Source: Mobula hypostoma
Lineage: Eukaryota
Length of the DNA: 64,000 nucleotides
Assembly (NCBI RefSeq): GCF_963921235.1
Contig: NC_086098.1
Location: 237,398,001-237,462,000, forward strand
Reading direction: 5' to 3'
The notes below the pieces were generated by a model. That model did not search any database. It was not told the origin of the DNA and worked only from the letters and a program-made list of their open reading frames with translations. A program made the translations under genes and the position numbers. How positions within the stretch are numbered: position 1 is the first letter of the stretch; each line of letters begins with the position of its first letter. Positions 50,520 through 63,902 of the stretch are shown here, one piece after another.

Positions 50520-50990
50520 CAAAACTTGCTAACAGCCCTATCCCTGATAGGATGGCGTGAGAACAGGGCGAGGGCCGACGTACTTGAAATGGAAATGATA
50601 CGGTTGAGGGCAGCGTTGATGGTGGAGGATGGGAAGCCCCTTTCTTTGAAGAAGGAGGACATTTTCGTTCTCATCCTGAGAACAGATGCGGCGGAGACGG
50701 AAGAATCGAGAGAAGGTGATAGCAATTTCACAAGTAACCGTGTGAGAAGAGGTATTGTCCAGGTAGCTGTGAGGGTGAGTAGGTTTATAATTTACATCAG
50801 TAGATTTGCTTGTCTGTAAAGATTGAGATAGGGAGTTCGAGAAAGGAGAAAGAGGTGTCGGAGATAGACCAGGTAAATTTGAGAGCAACGTTGAAGTTGG
50901 AGGCAAAATTGATGAGGTCGGCGTGCTCTCCAATCACGAAATATGCCTGAATTAGGGATAGACCACAAAGTGTGATAACCCTTCAAGCAT
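50520..50990 (-). mobile_element. Penelope-like RT C-terminal fragment
   Basis: YKPTHPHSYLDNTSSH...ITFSRFFRLRRICSQDE. Confidence 0.75.
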
Positions 50991-52149
50991 GAAAGAAATA
51001 AACAGTCAATGGATGACTGAAGGAATGTATCGAAGAGAAGGATGGCAGCACTCCAGAGTAAGGCCTTTTTGGTGAACTCGGATTTTTGTGAATGAATCTC
51101 TTGGAGTTTAGGTGGTATTTAGCAAGCTCTTTGTCAAAGATCCGCATGGTAAGCTCGTTCGGAAGCCTGGATAACTTTAGGCCCAGGATGAGTGTGCCAA
51201 TTACCTAAAAAAGTTTGTTTGGCATTCGATTCAGAGCGGTAGTGAAGCATCCCTTTACACGCTGGATGACTGCTATCAATGGTGTACAACAGGAACATGT
51301 GCTGGCTCTACGATTGCTCGACTCTAATAACCATTTGGAAGAGAAAGTGGTAGTCGCGGTTGGGATGTTGTACATTGGGAAGGTAAACTACAATAAATTC
51401 CGCGTTAAATTGTAGGAACCTGGGCAGTGTTTTGGAATAGAGAGTCCGAGGGACACCAGTGGCAAAATGAATGATACTGAATCACGTTATGTCTAAACAT
51501 ATATAAATTCCAGCCTGGAATCTGGAGGGGCTATTAGAGAGTGAAATTCATCAGTTGTCAGCTCCTGACTGAACTGGGTGACATCACAGTTTGCCAGCCT
51601 GTCCACCATCGCTTAACCCCCACCCTATCTCCCCCATCCCAACAGATATGACAGACTTTGTGTCCCTTTTGCTATCAATATGGTAATGTATTATGTGATT
51701 GACTCTCATTTCACTAAACTTCAGAAAGTTTGACTACTCCTTCTGAGCCTCAAAGTAAAAGTAAATTTAGCATCGAAGTTCATATATGTCATCATATACC
51801 CCTACAAGATTCATTTTCTTGCGGACATTCAGAGTAAATACAAAGAAGCGCAAATGAATCAATGAACAACGGCAGGCAATAAAGACGGACAATGAACCAA
51901 TGTGCAAATACAAAAAATAATAATAAATAAAATTGTAATAAAGGTTAAGATCCAGAGCTACAGAACTCTTAAATGTGTCCATAGATAACGAAATCAGTTC
52001 AGTGTTGGTGTGAATGAAATTCAGTGAAGTTGTTCCCTCTGTTTCAAGAGTCTGATAGTAGAAGATGATAGTAGAGGGTGATAACTGTCCAACAACTGTT
52101 CATAGTGTTATGCGATCTCAGGCTCATGTACATCCTTCTTATGGCATCA

Positions 52150-53596
52150 ACGAGAAGAAAGCAAGGCTTGCATGTGGGGTTGGTGGGGAGGGTGTCCATG
52201 ATGATGGTTGCTGCTTTCATGCGACTGCTCCGCTTTAGGTGTTTTCAATAGTGGGGAGGACTTCCCCGTGATTGATTCGGCTTTTTCGACTACTTTTTGT
52301 AGGTTTTTCCGTTGAAGTGTACTGGTGTTTCCATTGCAGGCAGTGATACAAGCCGTCAATATAGACCCAATCATGCATCAATAGAAGTTTGTTAGATATC
52401 ATGCAAAAGCTTTGCAAACTTCAAGAACGTGGGGGCCCTGCTGTGCCTTCTTTGTAATAGCGATAGTGGGCTGGACCCTGGACAGAAATGATAACAACTC
52501 TGATCTCCTGATGAGAACTGGCTGAAGGACCTCCGACTTCCTCCCCCTGCAGTCAATAAACTGTTCTTTGGTTATGCTGACATTCAGTGAGAGATTGTTG
52601 ATGTGGCACTATTCAGTCAGATAAGGTCATGTCTTTGAGTCAGTCCTCTCCCCCAGGGAAGCAAAGGCTGCACGACCAACAGGGACACTTAGATTCGAAG
52701 AACAGTGGTAGATATATTTAATAACCCGACAAATGGTCAAGTTGGGCAGTAGGGCTTATTTCCGTGCTGTGTAGCTCTGTAAGTCTAAATGTCGCGGCTG
52801 TCTTGGACAGGGAATTTATGCCATAGTTGGTTGTCAGTGAGGCTCAACAACCACCACTCCTAGGGCTTCCAATAAATATTATTTATTGTAAGGACTGGCA
52901 TGTAAGGACAAAATATGTTTTAAGTTAGTAACAACAAATAAAACTAAGGATCACATACTTCCTTCGCATGTTAATGACACCCAAGTACAACAAGCTCTGA
53001 GGGAGATAATGTTGGTTTGAGGACGGGGCATTTTGGTTGGATGATAATTGTTCAGTACAGGAAACAGGTGTGTCTTCGTATCAAATTGCCCCATGCTGAT
53101 TATGCTCTCTGGAGGAGAGAAATGGCCCGTTGTGACAGGTCGGGAAAGGGAAATCAAGTAGTTTTCGGGGAACTGAAAGGTGAAAACACCAAAAGACAAG
53201 ATACTGATTATAATACAAAGAGGACACAAAATCTCTTTCGGTGGGATGTGCTATGGAGGATAGGATGAAGAACGATGACGTGACGCTACTCAGTCAGGGC
53301 CTATCAATTTTCTCTCCAAATGCCCCGTGCATTTTTAGTCGCCAACTAGCGTCTAGGAGGAGACTGATAGATGTCTGTGCACAACGTGATACAGCGCTGC
53401 GTATATCGGTAGGGCAGTGCTGGTGTTATGACCATTTCAGATCTTGGATAACAGCGAAGCAGGTGCACGAGACTATGCGTGAACTTATACATTCCCTTCT
53501 GTGTCTAGTATTGAAACATTTATCGGGTTCCTCAGAGATGGACAGAGATACCGAGCCCATGACCACCCTCTGGGCTATTGTCAAACCTACTTCTCG

Positions 53597-53631
<35 letters not shown>

Positions 53632-54430
53632 ACACACACACACAAAACATACACGCATACTCCCTCCCCCTCGCTCCTCGCGCTCTCCCTCTCTCCCTCT
53701 TCGTTTCTCCTTTTCTCTGCTGCCTCTATCTCTCTCTCCCCTCCTTCAGTCTCGCTCCTTTCTGTCTCTCCCCATCTTTCACACCCAATCCCTACGCTCA
53801 CAATCTTATCTTAATCATTCTGCCTTACTTCCCAGCGCTTTTTCTTTCAGCCCATCTCTCTCTCCCTCCCCGCTCTCATTGTCTGACCCTCTGTCTCTAC
53901 TGTTTCCCATAACTCATTCAACCTCTCTCTTTCCCTGTCCCTCTATCCCTCGATTCATTTCCTGTCCCAATAATTACAATTGAGTAAGCTTTTATTTTTA
54001 TGATTTAGTTTCAGAATGTGTTTCTTCCTATTAGTGAAGTTTCTCAGATTGAGAGAATTTAAAAAAAAAGTTATGTCGTATCTCATCAACGCCCCACCGT
54101 CTCGGGACCACGTGACCGCGCCACCTGCACCACTTCACAAACAGGACAGAAACAGCAGCAATTTGTGCAACTGTCGCTAAATAAAGGCCGTGGAAACACC
54201 GCCCCGGTCCCGTGGGGAGGTGACATGGTTCGCAGCTGCATCAGTGCTGCTCACAACACAGACAGTTCGCCCCTATCTATCTATCCATCCCATCCTCTAC
54301 TCTGGTCGCCGGCTAAAAAAAATCACACGGCCCTGGGAGAGAAAATTGAAAGCCCCTGACTGAATGAGGGAGGGGTTAAGTGGACTGACCAGTGATCTAC
54401 AGTCACGAGAATGACCATATCCCAGGTTAT
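52150..54430. repeat. Right arm of the inverted segmental duplication (partner about 5930-7500), including a CT-rich low-complexity tract at 53590-53960
   Basis: See the left arm. The GA-rich tract at 6390-6480 mirrors the CT-rich tract here. Confidence 0.8.
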
Positions 54431-55329
54431 GAACGACACGTATTTTAAATTTTAATCACCATCTCTAAATATCCAATAAGAAGTAATCGATAGAACAGGC
54501 CTTACACAACCCGAACTGAAGGATATTGAACTGTAACATTTCACAAATAAGAAGAAGCCTATGTTTCACAGTGGCGTTATTAGACATTGATACCGTGTCA
54601 CATCAGTCGAACATTTAATTGGATGAAATTTCTTGCAATCTATTACACAAAATCCAACAGATGGTGGCAGGATGAAGGCTGGGTGGTGATTAACTAAATC
54701 ATGGGCAAGAGAAGGGAGATTGATGCACCCTACGTGGGTCGCTGTTAATTACATCCTTCATCAGAGTGAGGATCAGCATCAGACTCAGGTATAATATCAC
54801 TGCTATATGTGGTTAAATTTGCTGTTTGTGCCCCAGTGTGCTGAGGACCCGATTAAAATAAACATGGAATTTCATAAAGTAATATAGCACCATAACACCA
54901 AATCAGACCTTTCCGTCCATCTAGTCTGTTCCGAACTATTAATATGGTTAGTCCCGTAATTCTGCACCTGGACCATCGGCATCCATACCTCTCCCTCCAT
55001 CCAAATTTCCCTTAAATATTGAAATCGACCCTCGTCTATCAAGTCACTTGGTAACTCTTTCTACACTATCAGCATCCATATTCATAGTCATAGTCATACT
55101 TTATTAATCCCGAGGGAAATTGGGTTTCATTGCAGAACAGGTTTCCCCCGATGTTTCCTTTAAACATTCAACACTTATACCATGATCTCTAGTTGTAGTC
55201 TCACCAATATCAGTGGAAGTATAGCTTGCTTATATTTTACCCTTGCTATATCCCGCTGGAGTGGCGTAGTTGGAGACGTGAAGACCCACCAGAGGAACTC
55301 AGCAGGTCGGGAAGCATCCGGGAAACTAT

Positions 55330-55367
55330 CAGTCAACATTTCGGACCGGAACCCTTCGTCAGGACTG
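55330..55367 (-). ncRNA. Minimal type I hammerhead ribozyme motif
   Basis: The minus strand reads CAGTC-CTGACGA-A-GGG(TTCCGG)TCC-GAA-ATGT-T-GACTG, with a perfect 5-bp stem I. Confidence 0.6.
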
Positions 55368-55505
55368 AAGAGAGAAGGGGCAGAGGCCCTATAATTATAT
55401 GAGAAGGCAAAGGAGGTCTTCCGAAAAAATATATTGGGACGACAGGACAACGTGACACTCTATGGAGGCGTCATGACTAAGAAGGGCCTTTGCCCCTTCC
55501 CTCTT

Positions 55506-55543
55506 CAGTCCTGACGAAGGGATCCGGGCCGAAACGTTGACTG
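55506..55543 (+). ncRNA. Minimal type I hammerhead ribozyme motif
   Basis: CAGTC-CTGACGA-A-GG(GATCCGGG)CC-GAA-ACGT-T-GACTG: perfect stem I, intact core and a palindromic ACGT stem III. Confidence 0.65.
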
Positions 55544-55959
55544 ATCGTTTCACACGGATGCTGCCCGACCTACTGAGTTCCTACAACGTGTTGTGGGTGT
55601 TGCTTTGACCCCAGCATCTGCAGAATATTTTGTGCTTAAAACCCACCAGAACTGCCACTATAAATATGTAAGAAGGAGTTTAAAATGGAATGGTTAACTT
55701 CGATAAATTTCACATTGAGAATGGAAATACTGGAATGTAAATAAATAAAGCGTCGGTGAAATTGTATGAGAAGGCCAAGGAAGTCGTCCGGAAATATGTT
55801 GGGACTACAGGACAACGTAACACTATATGCAGGCGACATGATTAAGAAGGTGCTTTTGGTCAAGTAAACTTTGATGCCATGTCTAGTCCCCATAACCTTT
55901 GATGCCATGTCCAATCGAAAACCTGTCAATTTCATTGATCTTCCTTCACACACTACACC

Positions 55960-57680
55960 ATAATGCACCATGATAGTGTCTTCCACAGTGAAGACTGACG
56001 TCAAATACTCATTCAGTTCATCAGCCATCTCCGTGTCCCCCGTTAAGATTTCTTCTGCCTCCTTTTCTAGAAGTCCATTATCCACTCTCATTTCTCTTAT
56101 TTTTAAAATACATGAAAAAACTTTCACTATCCATATTGATATTATTCCCTGTCTTGCTTTCATATTTTATCTTTTCCCTTCTAATGATTTTTTTTAGTTG
56201 CCCTCTGTAGGTTTTTTGAAACTTCCCAATCCCCTATCTTCCCACTAAATTTTGCATTGTTGTATGCCCTTTCTTTTGCTTGTACAATAGCGTTGACCTT
56301 CCTTGTCAGCCAGAGTTGCGCTTTTTTATCATTTGTCCATTTCTTCATTTTTGGAATAGAAATGTCCTGCACCTTCCTCATTTCCCCAGAAATGCACTTT
56401 ATTGCTGCTCTACTGATATGCTGGCCAGCAGCCCCTTCCAATTTACTTTGGCCAACTCCTCTCTCATACCACTGTATTTCCTTTACTTCAGTGAAATACA
56501 GCTACACCAGGTTTCTGTTTCTCTCTGTCAAATTTCAAGTTGAACAAAATTATATTGCGAGAACTGTTTCCTCAAGGTTCTTTTACCTTAAGCTCCGTAA
56601 TCACCTCCGGTTCATTACATAACGCCCAATCCAGAATAGCTGACCTCTCGTCCGCTCCACGAAAAACTGCTCTAAAAAGCTATCTCTTACGTATTTAGCA
56701 AATTCAATCTCTAGAGATCCATTACCAACCTAATTTTCCCAATCGACCTGCATTTTAAAATCACACGTAACTACTATAACATTGCTCCTTTGACTCGCCT
56801 TTTCTATTTCCTGTTGCAACGTGTGGTCCACCTTCCAGCTTCCGTTGGGAGGCCTGCACATAAGTGCCATCAATGTCCTTTTACCATTTCAGTTTCTTAA
56901 CTCACCCACAATGTTTCAACATCTTCCGATCCTATGTCACATCTGATTTTATGCTGCTCCTTACTAGTAGAACCGGATCACCCCCTCTGACTACCTTCCT
57001 ATCCCTCCGACATAACGTGTAACCTTGGACATTCAGCGCCCAAGTACAACCATCCTTCAGCCACGATTCACTGTTGGACACAACATCATACCGGCAATCA
57101 GTAATATTTTACAACAAGATGGTCCACATTATTTCTTATTCTACGCGCATTTAGATGCAACACCTCGGGTACCGCATTTGCTATCCTTTCGGATTCTGCG
57201 TTCCTAATAATTTGATACTTAGCCTGCTGTCTGCAGCTAAGTTCCATCACCTGCAGTGCCCGTTCTGACAATCTGAGGAGCACACTATCTTTACTTCTTT
57301 TTACCATCCATCCTATGCAGAGACCCATCACACCGGTTCCCACCAACCTGCCAAGTTCGTTTCAACTCTCCCCAACAGTCCTAAAAAACATGTCCGCGAG
57401 AATATTGGTCACTCTCGAGTTCAGGTGCAATCCATCACTTTAGAACAAGTCATACCTCTCCCAGAAGAGATTCCAGTTAACCAAGAACATGAATCCCTGC
57501 CCGCTGCCAAACAGTCCTCCTGTTTCTACCTTCAATGGCGCGTGGCACAAGCAGCAATCCATAAATGACTACTCGGGAGGTCCTGCTTCTCAGCTTTCTA
57601 ATTTCACTTTCTCAGGACATCATTTCTTTTGTTTCCCATGACATTGGTACCAATATGTACCAAGAAATCTGGCTGCGCTC

Positions 57681-57757
<77 letters not shown>

Positions 57758-58070
57758 CTCTCTGAGACATTCCTGACCCTGGCACCTGGGAGGCAACAAA
57801 CCATCCGGATGTTCCGTTCAAGTCGACAGAACTTCCTATCTGTTCCCCTCTCTATTGAGTTCCCTATCACTGCCGCTCTCTGTTTTCCTTCTACACCACG
57901 GACCCATGCTCAGCGCCTGCAACCAGGTCGCCGTGGCATTCTCACGGGGGGTCATCCTCCACAAAGTATCCGAAGCGGTATTCTTGTTTTTGAGAGGATT
58001 CTCTGCTCGAACTGCCCATTTCCATTTCTCCTGACAGTCACCTAGATACTCGCCGCCTGCGACTTCGGGG
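55960..58070 (-). mobile_element. CR1 ORF1/endonuclease fragments with a (CT)n expansion at 57678-57753
   Basis: IGNSIERGTDRKFC...MVCCLPGARV...QPDFLVHIGTN, split by the dinucleotide run. Confidence 0.8.
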
Positions 58071-59602
58071 TAACTTTTTTCCTGTAACTTTGATCAATTA
58101 TAACCTCGCTGTCCTCACATTAAGGAAGGGCCTGCATATCATCCGGGAAACAGGGTTAGAAAACGTGATCGGCAAAACTCTTGGTGATCTCTTTGTAATT
58201 GTGTCATAACTTAGGCGGTAGAGAGATTGGCAATCAGCGGCCCAGTGCATGTTGATTATCAGCAGGCCGTCTGTAAAGTGATTCGCAGGAGATGCTGAAA
58301 AAGAAATCTAGTTGTTTACACTGTACGTCCAAACACTTGGACAAGGGAACGAAGTGTGATATTTCCATGTTTGTTGATTATCAGGGTTATCAGGACAGTG
58401 CAGAATGACTGAGTTGATGTCTACAGGTTAGGAAAACAGGCAGGAATACATATTACCGAAGACAATGTGGAAAAGGTGAGGTCATGTGTGCAAGTTCGTG
58501 TTAAAGTTTATTGCCAATGATCCATACACATGCACACAAGCGAGCCACCCTTCTTCTGAGCCCAAGTTGAAAAACACAGTAGATAAAGCCATACACATTA
58601 GATAAAGTAATGATCCAACACACGCAGTCAGAAAATAGATATTGCTACAGGTGTCTGAGTGACATGGCCAGAAGATCGACAGGCTGACATGAAGTGTGAA
58701 GTCAATGTTTAAGTAAGGCAAATTAATATTTATTTATCCATCTAGTTATTCATTTATGTATGTATTTATTTGTCTGTTTGTATTTGCACAGTTTGTCTTA
58801 TTTTGTACATTGTTTGTTTGTTCGCCTTACTGTTTACTCTTTCACTGATTCCATTGTATTCCTTTTTATCTATTGCGAATGCCCTCAAGTCAGTGAAACT
58901 CGGGATTGTATATGATGACTTACCGCACTTTGACAGTAAATTTATTTTCAACGTTGAATTTTATAATCCGAGGCGTGTGACCACGGTCTAATTAATAAGC
59001 CTCAATTTAATTAATCAGTGGTTTCCGTTCAGTGGTCCTTCTCTGGATGATGATGGCGAAAAAAGATCATAGAACGTCGGGGCCCGGCAGTCAAATCCTT
59101 TCTTGTTGACAGGGACCATTTCTGGAGCTAATGCAGTCAGACTGATGTTTGCTCCTACCAGTCTTGTCTGACTATTTTTCGGAGTCTTGTTACATGCTTC
59201 AAAATCTCACGGTTGGAAGATTAAATGAATGGGATTTCAGATGAACGTTCTCGGACGTAAACGGCGACTCTCCATTTCCCGGCATAGATGCTACCTGACC
59301 CGTTCAGTTCTTCCTGCTCTTTCGAATTGCTCCAGATTCCAGCTTCTGTAGCCGTTAGCATCACCGATGCAATTATTGCTGAACATCCCCAATTCCCATA
59401 TAATGATGCGCGGAAGATTCACTGCCGGGAAGAGCAACCGAATGCCCTGGTGCGTTAATTGCGTTCTACTGTAACACCTTTGCACAATTATTAAACCCAA
59501 TGCCTGGCGTTAAATTAAATTCTGCCCAGGCCCGATATAGAGCCTTTAGAGGAAAAAAAAAACACTTGTCGCTTGGGACTTACGCGTTTTAACGACAAAC
59601 AA

Positions 59603-59905
59603 GGGGTCACAGTTTGAGGATAAAGGGGAAGCCTTTTAGGACTGAGATTAGGAAAAACTTCTTCACACACAGAGTGGTGAATCTGTGGAATTCTCTGCCA
59701 CAGGAAACAGTTGAGGCCAGTTAATTGGCTATATTTAAGAGGGAGTTAGATATGGCCCTTGTGGCTACGGGGATCAGGGGGTATGGAGGGAAGGCTGGTG
59801 CAGGGTTCTGAGTTGGATGATCAGCCATGATCATAATAAATGGCGGTGCAGGCTCGAAGGGCCGAATAGCCTACTCCTGCACCTATTTTCTATGGTTTCT
59901 ATGGT
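59603..59905 (+). mobile_element. Short 5'-truncated CR1 of the same subfamily as 29163-31642
   Basis: It closely matches 31345-31640, including the tail. Confidence 0.9.
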
Positions 59906-60591
59906 TAAACTTTATTCTCTCACAAGCAAAGCAGCCACTTGCCTTCTGCAGGAACGACATATTTTCAGACAGGAACCTATGCATTGTCGTGGTAATTCTG
60001 GGATGGCATAGGGAATTTGATGTGACCTTGAAATATTTTGTTCTCATTAGCTATTCTGAGCAGAGACGAGCGGCCGAGTGCCAGAATCACCACCCCAATT
60101 GTTTCTGAGGGAAGCAGCCGAAAGAATATCTAAAATTTTAACCTGAGTATTGTCCAAAGTTCTGCAGGTCTGGATATGTGATACAACTGAATATGAAACA
60201 ACGTTGACATTGGCAGTTAAGGATTTAAATCAGCCAGGTGGCCATTCAAAGTTTCCGAAGGTCAGCAAGTTAATCACCGCCCACATTATTTTCCTGGCGC
60301 CGCACACTCATTTACATCCCAATTTATAAACCGACCTGAAGACTCCAGTTTGCAGAGTCTGAAACCGGAGCAGTTCCCGAAGTTTGCAGAACAACGCATG
60401 GTTCGGTCGGAATTTTTGGGTGCTCGCTGTCTGCACCTGTCCGGAGGAATGTCCCCAGCGCTGCATCTCCTGTGGGTTCTGCTGATTCATTTAACAGCTG
60501 AGAGTCGGATGATTATCCGTTAAAACTGGGATTACTGCTGATTTTTATTTTGCTACAAGTCACCCAGTGGTTTTATTGTGATTCATTGCAG

Positions 60592-60945
60592 ATATCTACG
60601 CGGCCGCAGTGCTCAATCAGCCCCCAATGTCCGGACCTGTTTCCGCAGGACAAACCGTCCGCTTAGAGTGTCGGATACAGAACGGTAATGTTGGAAGTTA
60701 CTACATGTGCCTGCACCGACAGCGTCCCAGGGAGAGACCGGAGTGTATGTTAGAACATTACACGAACAATGGTATTGCCCAAGGGACAGGGATCACTCAA
60801 AGTTTTCAACTGTCCAGAGACTCTTCCAGCAACAGTCACATCCTGACCATCAGCAGATTGGAACCCCGCGATTCCGCCGTCTATTACTGTGCAGGGTGGG
60901 ATAATGGAGTTATCTTCGGTCAAGGCACTATCCTGGATATTAAGA
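60592..60945 (+). CDS. Joined VJ exon of the Ig light chain
   Basis: Open frame with both canonical Cys, the FGQG motif and no intervening RSS. Acceptor TTGCAG and donor GTAAGT. Confidence 0.88.
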
Positions 60946-61744
60946 GTAAGTGTCTCCCTCATTCTGTTCCAAACAATTCCTACTACAGCCACTCTCGTTC
61001 CCCGCAGCTGGATAAAACTCCGTCCAGGGGAGACTTGTCATATATCTACACTGTGGGAGTTTCCATCTGTTTCAGTCTGGCACAGGAGGCCGTTCAGCAC
61101 ATCGAGTCAGCCCGAAAAGTCAAATTACTGATTGCTTGACTTGTGAACATTTTTTGCTGGACAATATTGTTCTACTTAAGTCGGTGTAGCAGAATTCAAT
61201 ATTTTCCGACATCCCTTCTCCTTAACACAATAGGCCCCGTACTTTGTATTATTAGTATTGGTTTACTTTTGCCACTTTTCACAAGATGCATTGAAAGGCT
61301 TTCTTGCATACTGTCCATCAAAATCACGTGATGACAGTGCATTGAGTTAAACACAGCTTAACATAGAATAAAAAGTAACAGTGTCAGAGGAAGTGCAATG
61401 CAGGTAGATAAGTTGCAAGATCATAAGGAAGCAATTTGTGAGGTGAATCGTCTATCTTAGCGTGCCAGAGAACCATTCAATATCTTGTTACAGCGGACCT
61501 GGATGATGTCAAATTAAACCAACCCCTGCTATTTACACATACTCCATATCCCTTCATTTTCAGCACATCCTATCTCCGTCTAACAGCTTCTGAAACGACC
61601 CTATCGTATCTACCTCCTCCAGCTCATGCACGCTACACTCTGTACACAAAGTAAACATTCGCCGCAGTTCTCCTATAAAATGTCCTCCTCTTGGCTTAGA
61701 TTTCTGCCCTTGGGGAAAAAATCTTGACTGTCGATCGTATCGCT

Positions 61745-62960
61745 CTAAGAATATAAGACAAATGAGCAGAAGTCGGCCATTCGGCCCATCCAGTCTACTC
61801 CGCCATTTCATCATGAGCTGATCCATTCTTCCATTTAGTCCCAGTCCCCCGCCTTCTCACCATAACCTTTGATGCCCTGGCTACTCAGAGACCTGTCAAT
61901 CTCTGCCTTAAATACACCCAATGACCTGGCCTCCACTGCCGCCCGTGGCAACAAATTCCATAGATTCACCACCATCTGGCTAAAAAAAAAAATCTTCGCA
62001 TCTCTGTTCTGAATGGGCGCCCTTCAATCCTTTAGTCATGCCCTCTCGTACTGGACGCCCCCATCATGAGAAACAACTTTGTCACATCCACTCTGTCCAT
62101 GCCTTTCAACATTCGAAATGTTTCTATGAGGTCCCCCCTCATTTTGCTAAACTCCAAGGAATACAGTCCAACAGCGGACAAACGTTCCTCATATGTTAAC
62201 CCTCTCATTCCCGGAATCATTCTAATGAATCTTGTCTGTACCCTCTCCAACGTCAGCACATCCTTTCTTTAATAAGGAGACTAAAACTGCCCATAGTACT
62301 CCAAGTGAGGTCTCACCAACGCCTTATAGAACGTCAACATCACATCCCTGCTCCTATACTCTATTCCTCTAGAAATGAATGCCAACATTGCATTCGCCTT
62401 CTTCACCACCGACTCAACCTGCAGGTTAACCTTAAGGGTATCCTGCACGAGGACTCCCAAGTCCCGTTGCATCTCAGAACTTTGAATTCTCTCTCCATTT
62501 AAGTAATAGTCTGCCCGTTTATTTCTTCTGCCAAAGTCCACAATCATATACTTTCCAACATTGCATTTCTTTTGCCAATTCTTTGCCCATTCTTCCAATC
62601 TATCCAATTCTCTCCGCAGACTCTCTATTTCCTCAGCACTACTGGCGCCTCCACCCATCTTCGTATTATCAGCAAACTTAGCCACAAAGCCATCTATTCC
62701 ATAATCCAAATCGCTGATGTACAACGTAAGAAGAAGCGGCCCCAACACGGACCCCCGTGGAACACCACTGGTAACCAGCAGCCAACCAGAATAGGATCCC
62801 TTTATTCCGACTCTCTGTTTCCTATCAATCAGCCAACGCTCTATCGACGTATGTAACATTCCCGTAATTCCATGGACTCTTATCTTGTTATATAGCCTCA
62901 CCTGTGGTACCTTATCAAAGGCCTTCTGAAAATCCAAATATACAACATCCCTTGTCTAGC
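61745..62960 (-). mobile_element. CR1 3' portion in the light-chain J-C intron
   Basis: Minus ORFs 62281-62937 (DFQKAFDKVP, RGSVLGP, FADN) and 62032-62259. Confidence 0.9.
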
Positions 62961-63902
62961 CTACTTGTAATTTCCTCAAAAATTTGTAATTTCTCTCATA
63001 CTTTCTTGAAAAATTCTCAAACATAATTTGGGAAAATGATCGCTACCATAAGCATGACATCTATCCTTCACTCTTCATTCACCATTTCTGAGAACATGTT
63101 TGTCGTGAATATTCCAGAATTGTTCTGGGTGCCGTAAATCCTGGACCACAGCGTGGGATATTTACTGCTTCAAGCTAACGCAATTCGCAGTTTGTGATGA
63201 AGAACTGCCCTGTCATTATGATTGCAGAAAACACAGGAGGAAAACATCGGACTGAAAATATTATATACTAGGGGAATATGCTGGGCAGACAACAGGCTGG
63301 TGTCAGAGTCGAGCTGCAATAGGTGGGTTAGTACGGGTCCGGAATGCAATCTGGTTCTGAACGAGTCGTTTCGCCTATCCCCGCTTCTCACCAGTTCACA
63401 GACCAGCTCTTTTTCCTGTCTCTGGGTACCTAGTCTTGGATATACAATGAGCTTTCCCGAACTCGGGTCATCCCAAGAAGCCTTCATTCTTTCATTAACT
63501 GAAGGTGTAATATTCTCAGTTATTGCCCTAAGAGTTCAAAATTTGGGGAGTTCTTGGAGAAGAACAAGGAACTGGTCTCACTAGAGGGACCAATCATATG
63601 GGCACGGTGTGGGCAATGAGCAAAGAAATTGAGTACTGTTGAAGTTATCTTTTGACACAAAGCATACCGAGAGCAGAGTCGATTCAAAACTATTGTATTT
63701 AAATAAATGTTGTCACACCGTAGCCGCTCAAGACTGCGAATAATCAGGGCAACTCTTCATTCAAAAGTTTGTACCGGAGAGGTCACATGTGCCTCATACT
63801 GTGTTGCAATTCCTATGTTAGTTTCGGCTCTGGTGTTTCTATCTCTGAACAGTCCATGAAATAATACTGTTTCTATTCCCCTTCATCTCCTCTCATACAC
63901 AG

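Noticed and set aside
53241-53983. 223-aa and 160-aa ORFs
   Set aside because: They are largely CT/CA low-complexity sequence, with no recognisable domain or splice structure.
60340-60390. Two GTTTGCAG motifs upstream of the light-chain leader as Ig octamers
   Set aside because: Each has two mismatches to ATTTGCAT, which is insufficient.
60988-61140. Possible Ig-like exon right after the light-chain VJ
   Set aside because: Candidate acceptors give a too-short intron or immediate stops, and the V-like and C-like readings conflict.
63115-63500. C1-like remnants in the J-C intron (plus frame VSTGP...NESFRLS...FSC; minus frame LIVYP...LVCEL...LDSD)
   Set aside because: Ig-like patterns can be read on both strands, which signals overfitting. 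The real C exon starts at 63903. An HMM search is needed.
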